A DNA stretch of 64,000 bases from assembly GCA_052055015.1 (NCBI GenBank), contig JBQJIT010000001.1; one strand, written 5' to 3'. Shown here in pieces: positions 44,661-56,416 of the stretch (within the stretch, counting starts at the first letter, position 1; each line of letters opens with the position of its first letter). The position numbers and the translations under genes are program-made. The notes below the pieces were generated by a model. That model had not been told where the DNA came from. It worked only from the letters and a program-made list of their open reading frames with translations, and ran no database searches. This stretch comes from Malassezia furfur (lineage: Eukaryota).

Positions 44661-46861
44661 ATGGTAGGCGGATCCGCAGGCTCGTCGTGCGAGGTGCTTT
44701 TGCACCTCGCAAGCGACATAGTGTGGACGTGTCCACCGACGGCGGCCAATGTGCCCACACAAGACAAGATGCTCGATGGTGTCGTGGAGATCGAGTGCCC
44801 CGTACGTGTGGTGTCTAACCGCAGAGCGACCGGATGATCCACGGTGTACAGATTCATCTGCGCGGCACGCAGATTGTTGGGATTCCGCCGGATACGCCGA
44901 GTTCCAGCAGCAAAGAGCGCGGCCAGCTGCGGTGGGAAGAGCATGTCGTGCTCGATCGCACGCTGCGCTACCAGATACCCGGGAAGGACGGCCATACGGT
45001 GCACGACCAGCCCACGCGCTCGCGCTCGCTCAAGAATCGCGTGCGCGATATGACCCATGCGAGTGAAACCGAGAGTGGCGGCGGCGCGAGCGCCATGTTC
45101 CTCGAGCGCGGTTTTCACGACTTTGAGTTCCACTTTATCATCCCCGCATGGGCGGCACCGTACGAGCGGTGCCGGTACGGGCGTACGCGCTACCTCATCA
45201 CGGCGAGTGCGTTGGGCGCTGGGCGCAACGGCTCCAATGTGATTGCCCAGCGCGAGGCGTTTCTCGTGCAGCAACACACGGCCGATGGCGGGCCGCTCCC
45301 CGTCGAGATGCACTTCCACGACATGCACGATGCGCTGGGCCTGATCTCGATTGGTCTGACGAGCGCCTCGATCACGGTCGGCGGCATCGCGGCACTGGCG
45401 GTCGTGCACCCCAAGCCGCCGCCCAACGTCAACGTACACATGGTGCGCGTGTTTATCGAGCAGCGCTACGAGATCTACAACCACCGCACACAGTCAAACG
45501 TTGCGCCGCCTCCCGAGAAGCTCAAGGTGTGGGAGGTGGGCAGCCTACCGCGCCTCGGCACACACGGAGGCGCCATCACCACCCCGGCGCTCTGGGCGCA
45601 GGGCGTACTGAGTGCCGCGGGCGTCCAGCCAGGGCGGCGCCTGGGCAATGCGGCGATGCACGTCTACCCCACCGTTCAGCCGCTCGCCGAGTCGCTGCAG
45701 GTGGACGAGCGGCCACTGAACGAGATCCCCGACGCGGGGCGGTATGGCTACCGGATCAAGTCGGTGGTGCGCCTGCCGGACGACAACCGCCTGCGGCCCA
45801 CCACGGCGCGCGGAACTCGCACCGACATCCGCATCTCGCACGAGTTGGGCGTCGAGGTGCTCTTTTCGCGCACCGACGTCCTCGACCAGCGGCCGGACAG
45901 CGACCTGTACGGCCAGCCGAAGGTGCAGGTCTTCTCCGTGGCCAAGGCGGTGACGATCCCGTCGTGTGCATTCACCTTTGATGCCATCCACCTCCCACCG
46001 TACTCGCAAGAGTCGCCGGGCATCTCGCGGCCGCCGTCGCCGCTGCAGCACGGGCGGCGCTCCGAGACGTTCACGCCCCTCACGACGCTCACCGGCACTG
46101 CTGCACGCACGCCGCCGAGTGGGAGCGGCGGCAGCAGCGCCCGCACGCCGCCCCCCATGAGCAGCGGTGGCGCACTGTCCACCGAACCGGACTGGAACCG
46201 GTTTGTGCACTCGCTCACCAACTCGCTGTCCGCGACCAAGATCCGCTCGCACGGCTCGTCGCGTGCCGCGAGTCGCGACACGTCGCCGACACGCTTCGGC
46301 TTCCGCTCGCGTCCGTCGTCGCGTCCATCGTCGCGCCCGGCGTCGCGCCCACCATCGCCGCCGCCGGTGCATCACGAGGGGAGCGGCACGTCGACCCCCG
46401 TGGTCGCCGTACACCGCCCGAACGACATGGGTCCGCGCTCACGTTCCGGCACGGTCATGTCGGGCGACCGCTCGGCGCCGCGCAACCTCCCGGCCGGCAC
46501 GCCGTGGGCCGTGTCGAATCTGCCGCCGCGCGTCGGCGAGAGCCACGACATGTGCAACTGCGGCGAGACGACCGAGCACCTAGTGGAGGCGGAGGAGCGC
46601 TTCCTCGAAGGCGCGCCGACTGCGCCGGGCGCGTGGGTCGATACAGTGCCGCAAGGTGCGCGGCTTCCACCCTGGACACCGTCGTCGCGGCCCACGAGCC
46701 CAACCCAGGAGTGGCTCGCATCCTACGCGCAGAACTCGGCGCCCGCGCAGACACCCGTCAAGCGCGACACGCGGCGCGGGGCGCCCACCGCGCTGACCAG
46801 CATGAACACTTCCACAAGCCCTGCGGCAACAACAGAGACGACGCCGTACACGGGCAGTTGA
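44661..46861 (+). CDS. Alpha-arrestin-like adaptor protein
   Basis: GFHDFEFHFIIP...YGRTRYLITA arrestin-N-like segment, LPPY motif, Ser/Pro tail; intron 44802-44824 (23 nt) joins exon 1 in frame. Confidence 0.6.
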
Positions 46862-46875
46862 TGCGTGCTATGTGC

Positions 46876-49800
46876 CTAAAAGTAGAGACTCGCAGCAAAC
46901 ACAATATCGCGGCGGATCAGCTGCTGGCACGTTTCCATCTTTTGAAGCAGGTCCATGTCGCCAATCACGCGCGACGCATCACGCAGCTCGCGGAATGTCT
47001 CGTCGAGGCGCGTGATGCACCGCACAATGGTGCCCTCGCCGACGTCAGTGAGCTGCATAATCTCCTGGAAGTTGGTGCCGCGTGCCCACTCGTACACGAC
47101 GTGCACAAGACCCGTCTTGAGCGCGGAAGCGTCCTCCTCGGTGCTGATCTGGTGCGCGATCTGCACCGTCGACACACGCTCGGCGACTTGCACGATGCGT
47201 TGGAAGCCCTCGTGGAGGCGCGGCGCGAGCGGCGCCTCGGTGCTGGACTTCTCTTTGAAGTGGAACACGGTGAGGAGCGCGGCGATCTCTGCCGGCTCGT
47301 ACTCCATAAACATGTTGTCCAGCACCAGCTCGGTCAGGACCAACTCGTTGGCGCTGCGCATCTCGCACGCGACGCGTCCCTTGAGCAGCACCGTCTCCGA
47401 GTCCGGATCGATGAACCGCAGCGCCTTGAGCACCTCCACACGCTGATAGTAGTCGGGAAGCAGCTCGAGGTTCTGGTCCGAGAGCGAGGCAGCGACGCGC
47501 GCAGTCTGCTGCTGCAGCTGCCGATACTTGTGCATCATCTGATAGTCGCGCAGGAACGCCGGCTCGCGCTGCATGGCCTGCAGCGGAACCAGCTCACGAA
47601 GCGCCAAGTCGCGCGCGCTCTTGGCTTCCTGGAAGTCGAGGCGCCGCAGGCGCGTCCAGTCCACCTCGAGCGACAGCACCGCGACGGGCGCCTCGTCCCC
47701 GGACTGCTCAAGCAGCGTCGCAAGCGCGTTCATCGCGGGGCGCAGCTGCTCAAGCGCGCGCCGCATCGCCGACGGCCGCCGCGTCTCGATCGCCGGCACG
47801 GGGATCGACTCGCAGAAAGAGGTCACAAACGCGATGCTTGCCAGCGGCACCTCGCGGATCGCCGGCAGGATCTCGGCCGCGTGCAGCGTCGGCGCGACTG
47901 GCGCCGAGAGCCACGCGGGTGTCACCGCATCGGCCCGCAGGGTGCGCGCCGTCTTTTGCGCGGGGGTCAGCGCCGCAAGCACAAGGTAGTGCTCGCCCGT
48001 GACCGGGCGTACGATGAACGCGGGTGTGAAGTCAAAGAAGCCATCACGCAGCAGCACGACACGCCCTGCGCCAAGGCACTTGCTTCCTTGTGGATGGTTG
48101 TACGCGAGACCGAGCAGCGTCTGGTTGGACTGCACAGCGGCGCGCGATGCGTCGTAGAAGCACTCGAGCGTCGTGCGTGGCAGCGTGCACGATTTGAGGT
48201 CCTGTTCGACCTCGGCGATCCGCCCCTCGTAGTAGCGCAGCTTGTCCTGCTGCTGCGGCAGCAGGCGCTGCGTCGCGTTCTCGGAAAAGGAGCGCTTGAT
48301 CATCTCTTCGACCTTGAGTGCCTCGACACGGAGCAGATTGAGTACCATCGAGTAGGTGATGCGGAACTGCGACTGGAGCTTGCGCGACTGTCCCAGGATC
48401 ATCTTGTTCAGGCCGTTGACGTCGGGCAGGTCGTCCGAGTGCATCAGAATCACCACACCGGTGGCGTCCAGGCCACGGCGGCCCGCGCGGCCAGACATTT
48501 GCGTGTACTCTCCAGGGAGCAGGTTGCGGAAGCCCGTGCCGTCGTTCTTGCGCGTGCTTGCAAACACCACCGAGCGCGCGGGCATGTTGACACCCATGGC
48601 AAACGTCTCGGTGGCAAACAATACCTTGACCAGACCGCGCTGGAACAAGATCTCGACGAGCTCCTTGAGGATGGGCAGCAGCCCACTGTGATGCACGCCG
48701 ATTCCACGGCTCAGCAGATCGCGCATGCGCAGGATCTGTGGCAGTTCGCGGTCCGCGTCCTTAAGCCGCATCAAGCTGCGCTCCACCACGACATGCACCT
48801 CGCTCTTCTCCTTGGCGGTGGACAGGTCCGTGCTCGATAGGCTGTCGGCGTACTCTTCGCACTTGCGCTTCGAGAAGACAAACACCACGACGGGCAGCAG
48901 TTGCTTCTTCTTCAGCAGGCCCACGAGGTGCACAAACGCCGAGCGGTCGACACCCATGCGACGCGGCGCACCGACCGCACCGCCGCCACGCCCGCCGCCG
49001 CGTCCCCCGGCGCCACCGCCACGCCCACGCGCCGGTGGCTTGCCACGCTGGCCGTTCGCCTCGCGCTCGCGCACTTGCTTCGGTTTGGTGGCCTCCATGG
49101 CTTCGTGCGCGCCGTTCGACAGAAAGCGGCCATTGGCATCGACGATCTTGTACAGCTGCTTGCCCGCGTACACAAAGTGCTCAAGCGGCACGGGGCGTTT
49201 TTGCGTCGAGATAACAAACACGTCCTTCTTCTTCGTCCGGCCGACCCACCCGGCAAATTCTTTTGTGTTGGGCACCGTCGCCGAGAGCAGGATGATGGTG
49301 ATATGCGCGGGAAGCAAGATGATCACCTCTTCCCACACCACGCCACGCTCCTGGTCGTTGACGTAGTGTACCTCGTCAAAGATGACAAACTCCACGTCAC
49401 GGATCAGGTCGGCGCCGCGGTACAGCATGCTCCGCAGGATCTCGGTGGTCATGATCAGGCACGGCGCCTCGGGGTTGATCTGCACGTCGCCCGTGAGAAT
49501 GCCCACGTTCTCGGCGCCGAACGTCTTTTTAAACTCGCGAAACTTTTGGTTGGAAAGCGCCTTGATGGGCGAGGTGTAGATGCAGCGCGTCATGTGCTTC
49601 ATTGCAAGCGCAATCGCATACTCGGCCACCACCGTCTTGCCCGCGGATGTGTGTGCCGCGACAAACACCGACTCGCTGCGCTCCAAATGGTACACAGCCT
49701 GCTTCTGGAACGTGTCCAGCTCAAAGGGAAACTCGTGCGCCATGTCGGGCACAAGCTCGTGGAAGTTGGGCATCTCCTTTTGCGTATTCACCATACGCGC

Positions 49801-50569
49801 CCACTGCCGGCGTTCCTCGGGCGGCGCTTCTTGCACATCGTGGAACATGCGTGGAATCGACTCCACCGGCAGCATTTCATCGACCACCGCATCGTCGTTG
49901 CGTGGCGCCGGCGCCTCGTCGGGCATACGGTACAGCCCGTCGGCGTCCGCCGTGATCACCGTGCGCTCCTGCGCCGTATTCGCGGGAAGCCGTGCAGCCC
50001 ACTCGGGCACCGCATCGCCATGCACCGCCTCAGTGTCCAAGCCGCGCGTAAAGCCGGGCGGCACTCGTCGTAGCGCTTCGCCCTTTGCGCCGCCCGAGGT
50101 CGAGTCCTCTTCGACTGCATCCTCTTCGAGGCCACCAGGGCGGAACGGCGCCGCACCTGACTTGCCGCGTACAAACGTGTGTGCAGGGTTGATGGGACGC
50201 TGCATCGACATGTTGGGCGTTGCGCCTTGGCTCAGCTCTTGCAGCGCCGACGCGGTTGGCACCTCGCGGTAGCCCACCACGGCGCCATGCAAGCCGCTCC
50301 GCACAAACTCGAGCGTCGCAGTACTTGGCGATGGGTCCATCGCCAGCATTGAGTCGTAGCGCGGCTCGCGCGTCCAGTGCCTGGATGAGTGGGTGGGCAA
50401 CGTACGCTTGGTCCTGCACCATCCACGTGTGCTCCGGCTCCCATTTGGGCATCAGCAGCGTGTCCGCAATCTGCGCGCGGCATTTTTCGGCATCCGGGCC
50501 ACCAGGGCGCAACGCAAGGTCACGCAGCAGGGTATCCAGCGACGGCGCCTCGTCCAGTGCCGTGCCCAT
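46876..50569 (-). CDS. SKI2: Ski2 DExH RNA helicase
   Basis: AHTSAGKT, DEVHYVND, FATETFAMGVNMPAR, IRRDIVFAASLY; N-terminal FVRG...PFRPGG; 25-nt intron 50381-50405. Confidence 0.93.
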
Positions 50570-50645
50570 GGTCGAACGTCTGGAAGAAGTGGAGGGATAG
50601 GGGAGCGACCCCACGCCTACCTACGCTACACACGCCGGGGTATCC

Positions 50646-51267
50646 TTAGAAGCCTGCGTAAGCCCTCAACACGCACAGCAGTCGCAGTCAAATGGACAGA
50701 GCGGTGTACCTGGGTCAGTCGGGCAACGTACCTCCGCCTTGGTTCAGTTTCAACTCGTCCTCGGCAAAAATGCGGAAGCCTTCTTCGGTGCGTTTGCCTG
50801 CGTAAGTAGTGACACGTACGGTCCTTGCCGCGTGAGTCTGCAAATGCCGCGTCCGCCTCATCGAGCTTAGGGGGTCGCGGCTGCGATGGCGCGCTGCGCG
50901 TCTGGTTCGACGTGTCGTGCACCACGGTGGGTGCACGCGATTTGGGCTTGGTGGGCGCCGCGGCACCGCTCTTAGCCGGCGCGTCGCCTTTGCTGGGCTC
51001 AGATGCCGCACTCTTGCCGTTTCCTCCCTTGGCACGCACAGTCTCAGACGCATCGGGTGCAGTGACCCCGCCCGGTGCGCCCTTGGCGCTCTCTTGCTTG
51101 GAGCGTTTCTTGGTCTTTTTCGCGCGGGAGTCACTGGCCTCAGAGGTCTCTTCTAAGGTACGTTTGCTGTTCGCCTTCTTCTCTTTCTTCGTAGATGCTG
51201 GCTTGTCGTGCGACACCGGCGCAGACTTCCCACCCAGTGCGGCAAAAATCTCATCCATCTCACTCAT
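50646..51267 (-). CDS. DUF1764-like small basic protein
   Basis: MSEMDEIFA...FADSRGKD^RKRTEEGFRIFAEDEL...GG^GTPLCPFDCDC^CF* after introns 50798-50819, 50710-50731, 50654-50676. Confidence 0.8.
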
Positions 51268-51322
51268 TGTGGAATTGTGCCAAAATTCTTTGCTCGCCGT
51301 TGTGTGGAGGGTGTCGACGACC

Positions 51323-52953
51323 ATGGTCAACATTCCGGGCGTGCTGGCGGTGGCCAGCGCTCTGCGCCGTCCTGGGATCCTGCGACCGCACATCTCCGTG
51401 CACTGTAGGTCGGAATTTCTCACACAGCACTCGCCCAGGTCGACTGGAACAAGGTGTATGCGTCCGGCGTTCGTTTCCTGGTGTTTGACAAGGACAACTG
51501 CTTGGTACGGTCGCCGACTGACCCAGACACGACCGTATGATGACCACCTAGTTCCGGCGCTGCAGCACTCCTGGGATGAGTGCAAGCGCGTCTTTGGCTC
51601 GGAAAATATCTTGCTGGTAAGCAACTCGGCGGGTACGCGCAGCGATCCGCACGGCATCGCTGCTGAGAACGTCTCGACCGAACTTGGGGTGCCGGTGCTG
51701 CTGCACGCGTCCAAGAAGCCGGGCAAGGCATGTGCCAAACAAGTTGTTGACTACTTCCACGAAATTGTACAGCGGGGGCGCCAACCAGATACCATCCCCC
51801 ATGTGCTCGTTGTGGGAGACCGCACGACGACCGATGTGGTTTTGGCTTCGCGGATCGGAAGCCTGCTCAACGACGACGTCCGAACGACCGACTCAGACAC
51901 CGCAGTGAGCAACGACGATGCGCCCCGATTGCCCTTGTGCTCTTCTATGCTCACCACCCAGCTGTGGGCACCCGAGAAGCTGGGCACACGTTTTATGCGG
52001 GGTACCGAGAACCGCATTCTCCAAGCTGTCATTCGCTGCGGCATTCCACCCGGGGGTGGATGGCGCACCCGCGCTCATTTTGCCTCCCCGGCGTGGTTGC
52101 AGGATCTGCCGGAACCAGTACCGGTCACGCCGCCAGAGCCGACGCCACAGTCTATTGTGCTTTCAGCAGTGGCATCGTGCTTTCCGCCGCGCCTCGTGCG
52201 TTTTCTGCGCGCGTTTGCGCGCCTAGGCCTCCGCTTCATGCGAATCCGGCGCATTTCACGCGGCGTGCGTGCGCTCCGGTCAGGCTGGCGGATCATGGCG
52301 CAGGAGGTGTTTCGCACGGTGCGAAAGACGCGCACGGCATCCTGGTCGCTCCTTACCAATGCTCCTGCCGAGGGCTGGACGTCCACTTGGCGCACCCGTC
52401 GTCCAACCGTGTTTAAAGACGGCATGATTCCTCCCATGGGCCAGCAGCGGAGCGGCAAGCACAACCGCCTGTTTTCTTCGCGTCCTGCTGTACAGGCAGC
52501 CGAGCGTGCCCCGCATGAGCGTCCTGTGCGCCGTCGCACGCCGCAAGAAGCCGCGTCGCACCTACCGCCATCGGAGCCGTCAGTGCGGGCGCAGCGCTCG
52601 GGTCTCTTTGGCATCGGATGGCGCCAGTGGCTCATGGCGCTGGCCGCACTCATTATTTTGCCCTCTGGATTCATTGGTGGAATCAAGCTAAACGATGCCA
52701 TTACGCAGTGGAAGGAGGGCGATCTGTCCAACAAAGGGCACGCAGAGAGCATGGAGGACTTTGCGACGCCTCGCGAACGCGACGCCGTGGCTGCCGACAT
52801 GGCCAACGACACGGCCGCTGAGGTCTCTAAGAAAATTCAAGAGTATGTCCATGAGACTAACGCAGGTTGGAGCGCGACTACTTCTTCCTGACGCGGGAGC
52901 GCAACGACGTCCAGCACAAGCTCGAGCGCCTGCTCGCCCGCGATCGGGTGTAA
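51323..52953 (+). CDS. GEP4: Mitochondrial phosphatidylglycerophosphatase Gep4 (HAD IIIA) with long C-terminal extension
   Basis: FDKDNCL appears only after splicing 51405-51427 and 51505-51526; VSNSAG, KKP, VVGDR..TDV; third intron 52843-52865. Confidence 0.82.
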
Positions 52954-53017
52954 CCCGATGGCGATCGGGGCCGGGCCACATAGTTCCTCGATACCGCCCC
53001 GGGCGATCTCCACCAAC

Positions 53018-54017
53018 ATGATCCTGCTGGGTGCGGAGAACCTGTTGATCCGTGACCTGCTCACCAGCCGGTTCGAAACGTAGGTTGTCGCACACTGATT
53101 CAGCCCCGCGGCCGTCGACCAGGTCTTCAGCGACTTTGATGGGGTCGCATACCACATCGAGTCGACCAAGGAGGGTCCGTTGACCCTCTCGATGGACATT
53201 CGGTGCTGGCCGGAGCTTGTGCAGCAGGGCGTCGAAGAGTCGCTGCACAACGTATACGGTGGATGGATCCGCAAGGGCGCTGAGCCGGGCTACAATATCA
53301 CACTCGAGTTCAACTACCAGTCAATCCCTCCTCCGGGCGGTACGTGCGCCGACTGACGCAGCCGATCGCGATGCCTTGATTCATACCGTGTCGCTGTTGA
53401 AACGCAATGCGGTTGCCGCTCCGTTTGAGCGTGCGTTCGAGCAGCAGGCGCAGCTCGAGGCTCAGTACGATCCGTCGGGCCCACCGCCGCCGGGCTCGTT
53501 GATTCCCATTCACTACCGCCCCGGCGAGGGAATCTACATTCTTCCCGCGCACGATCGTGTCACGGTGGTGTTTAGCACGCGCTTTGAGGAGGAGGCCGAT
53601 CGCGTGTTTGGGAAGGTGTTCCTGCAGGAGTTTGTTGACGCACGACGCCAGCCATCCATCCAAAATGCGCCGCAGGTGCTGTACTCGTCGCGTGAGCCTC
53701 CGCTCGAAATTCGGAGCGTGCCTGGACTGCAGCGCGGCGAGGACACGGGCTACGTGACTTTCGTTCTGTTCCCTCGCCATTTTCAGCATCCCGACGTGCG
53801 CTACTCGACGATCTCGCATATCCAGCTCTTCCGGGATTACCTGCACTATCACAGTACGTCTTGTTGCGCTGACCCAGTCAAATGTTCCAAGGCCTATATG
53901 CACAGCCGAATGCGCTACCGCGTTTCCGAATTCCTCAAGGTGCTCAACCGTGCGAAGCCCGAGCACGCCGAAAAGCAGCGCAAGACGGCGAGCGGCCGGA
54001 CGTTCCGCCAGGCTTAA
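53018..54017 (+). CDS. ARC35: Arp2/3 complex subunit 2 (p34-Arc)
   Basis: MILL, SDFDGV.YH, DRVTVVFST.F, KVFLQEFVDARR, FRDYLHYH^IKCSKAYMHSRMR; introns 53080-53103, 53340-53361, 53854-53877. Confidence 0.95.
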
Positions 54018-55186
54018 ATAGAGTCCCAGCCAAGCTCTGTCCATATGTACTCGCCCTCGTCCTGGCGCCCAAGACCCGGGCGCCGGGGCAGCGTGCGTTT
54101 TGACCGGGTGCGCAGGACATAGCCGTGGTACGGTGTCGCCTCGGCGTCAATGGCATCGTCAATGGTCCGGTAGAGGCCGGCCAGTCGCCCCGCCGAGCGC
54201 ACCGGCACCAAGATGTGTGCACGAGCATCGGGGTCTGTTTCGGGCTGGCGCAAGAGGTACTTGATCGCGGCGAGGAGCCATGTTGCATGCAACGGGTCGT
54301 ACACCACGTCGGCCGCCAGCAACAGTGATGCGCTCTGCGGCGGAGGCACACGACACACCACGCCTTCTGCGGCCGCTTCCGGGTGCAACAGGGCATGCAG
54401 CGCACGCCAGTCCAGTGCCTCACATACAACACGCACGTTGGGCGTCGGCTCGTTCAGGAGATGGGTATCCAGATTGTAGCGCAGGTTGGACATGACGTCG
54501 TCATGGTAGTCAGTTATAAATACCTCCGACGCAAAGTCGCGTAGGGCCATGAGTTTCACAGCAATCATGCCGACGATTCCTGTGCCTGCACCCAATTCAA
54601 CAATCGTGAACGGATCCGTGCATGGCGCCCGGCTCCCGTCCAGTGCGGGGTGGAACGTGCGGGGCTCGGCCACGAGCAAATCACACATGATGACCGAGCT
54701 CGCATACGTTTGCACACCAACGGCAGCCGCAGCTTCTTTTGCCCCCTGCCGGCTGTGCGCATCTGAGGGCGGCAGCGGGGCATCGCGCACCGTGAGGGAC
54801 AGCGTAGGCGTCGCCTGGTCCATCGGGAAGGCAAATTCGCGCACAATTTCCCCAGCTTCGAGCGCCGAAGTACACCCTGCTAACAACTGCGCGGTACGCT
54901 CCATTGCCGCCGTACGCTCTGGACCCTCTTCCACCCATGCGAGCTCCGAGGCGAGCAACCGCGTAAGCCAATCCATCGCGTAGGCGCGTTCGGTGTGGTC
55001 CGCCGACGCGGCCTCCAGTGCGTCGCGCAGTTCGACCGGCCAATCTGCGGGTCGCGGCGCGAACAGACATGATAAGTATACGAGTGCATCCGCGATGACC
55101 TCGATGCTGGGCTCGCGCCGTAGCCGCGGTAGCGCCGCCGTCGGGGGCAGGCGCGCCGCCTGCTCGGCCTGCGCCGGCACTACCAT
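54014..55186 (-). CDS. Class I SAM-dependent protein-lysine methyltransferase (METTL21/Efm2-like)
   Basis: VELGAGTGIVG, ITDY, NL..N, LDW, LAADVVY. Confidence 0.82.
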   Translation of the reverse strand: MVVPAQAEQAARLPPTAALPRLRREPSIEVIADALVYLSCLFAPRPADWPVELRDALEAASADHTERAYAMDWLTRLLASELAWVEEGPERTAAMERTAQLLAGCTSALEAGEIVREFAFPMDQATPTLSLTVRDAPLPPSDAHSRQGAKEAAAAVGVQTYASSVIMCDLLVAEPRTFHPALDGSRAPCTDPFTIVELGAGTGIVGMIAVKLMALRDFASEVFITDYHDDVMSNLRYNLDTHLLNEPTPNVRVVCEALDWRALHALLHPEAAAEGVVCRVPPPQSASLLLAADVVYDPLHATWLLAAIKYLLRQPETDPDARAHILVPVRSAGRLAGLYRTIDDAIDAEATPYHGYVLRTRSKRTLPRRPGLGRQDEGEYIWTELGWDSI

Positions 55187-55243
55187 ACTTCGAAGTTTAT
55201 TATGTAAGCACGTGAAAGAGCGAGTGGCCCGTTCCTTACTACA

Positions 55244-56416
55244 ATGACGTTCGAGCAGGCTCCTCACAAGCTTTTGATGATTCCCGGCCCCATTGAGGTC
55301 GCGGACGATGTGCTGTACGCCAACGCGCACCATGCGATGGCGCACGTTGCGCCGCAGTTCGTGCCCGTGTTCGGCGAGGTGCTCACGAACCTCCGCAAAG
55401 TGGTGAATGCATCGAAGGATGCACAGCCGCTTGCGATTGCCGGCAGCGGCACGATGGGCTGGGACATGACGGCCCTGAATGTGCTCCAGCCCGGAGAGGA
55501 GGTGCTTGTGCTCCAGACTGGGTACTTCTCTGACGGCTTCGCCGATGCGCTCAACGCCTACGGTGTGAAGACCACCAAGGTCGAGGCGCCGGTCGGCAAG
55601 CGCCCGACGATCGAGGAGGTCAAGAGCGCGCTGAAGCAGAAGAAATACCGCGCTGTGACCATCACACACGTCGACACCAGCACGGGTGTGCTCAGCGACG
55701 TCAAGGCGATCGGAGAGGCGGTCCGTGAGGTGAGCCCCGAGACGCTTGTGCTTCTCGACGCCGTCTGCAGCGTTGCCTCGGAGCAGCTACGCTTCGACGA
55801 ATGGGGCGTGGACGTCCTGCTTACCGCATCGCAAAAAGGTCTGGGCTGCCCGCCTGGTATGTCGCTGATGATGGTCAGCCCGCGTGCGCTCAAGGCGTTT
55901 GAGTCGCGTTCGGCACCGCCGGCGACCTACTATCTCAGCTGGAAACACTGGATCCCCGTGATGAAGGCGTACGAGAGCGGATCGCCCGCATACTTTGGCA
56001 CTCCCCCCACGAACCTCATCTACGCGCTCAACCAGAGCCTCAAGACCATCCTTGAGGGTCCCGTGTCGCTGGAGCAGCGCATTCAGAAGACCAAGGAGGC
56101 CTCGGACAAGGTCAAGAAGTTCGTGGCTGACATGGGTCTTAAGCAGCTCGTTGCGGAGGACCTGCAACAGAGCAACGGTGCCGCGAACGGCATGACCGCC
56201 GTGCGCTTCCCTCCGGGTATGAAGGCGCCGGATCTGCTGCCCAAGGTGGCCGAGCGCGGTGTGGTGTTTGGTGGTGGTATTCACAAGGAGTGCAAGGACG
56301 AATACTTCCGCATTGGCCACATGGGTGTCTCGGTGGTGGATTCGTCGCGCAACGACGTCGACAAGCTGCTTTCTGCGCTTAAGGAGGCGCTTGCTGAGGC
56401 CGGCTACAAGCCGTGA
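55244..56416 (+). CDS. AGX1: Alanine:glyoxylate aminotransferase (class V)
   Basis: LMIPGP, GSGTMGWD, THVDTSTG, DAVCS, ASQKGL (PLP Lys), FRIGHMG. Confidence 0.92.
   Translation: MTFEQAPHKLLMIPGPIEVADDVLYANAHHAMAHVAPQFVPVFGEVLTNLRKVVNASKDAQPLAIAGSGTMGWDMTALNVLQPGEEVLVLQTGYFSDGFADALNAYGVKTTKVEAPVGKRPTIEEVKSALKQKKYRAVTITHVDTSTGVLSDVKAIGEAVREVSPETLVLLDAVCSVASEQLRFDEWGVDVLLTASQKGLGCPPGMSLMMVSPRALKAFESRSAPPATYYLSWKHWIPVMKAYESGSPAYFGTPPTNLIYALNQSLKTILEGPVSLEQRIQKTKEASDKVKKFVADMGLKQLVAEDLQQSNGAANGMTAVRFPPGMKAPDLLPKVAERGVVFGGGIHKECKDEYFRIGHMGVSVVDSSRNDVDKLLSALKEALAEAGYKP

Noticed and set aside
50825..51322. N-terminal extension of the 688-aa ORF upstream of GEP4
   Set aside because: Antisense to the DUF1764 gene; the Gep4-like sequence starts at ATG 51323.
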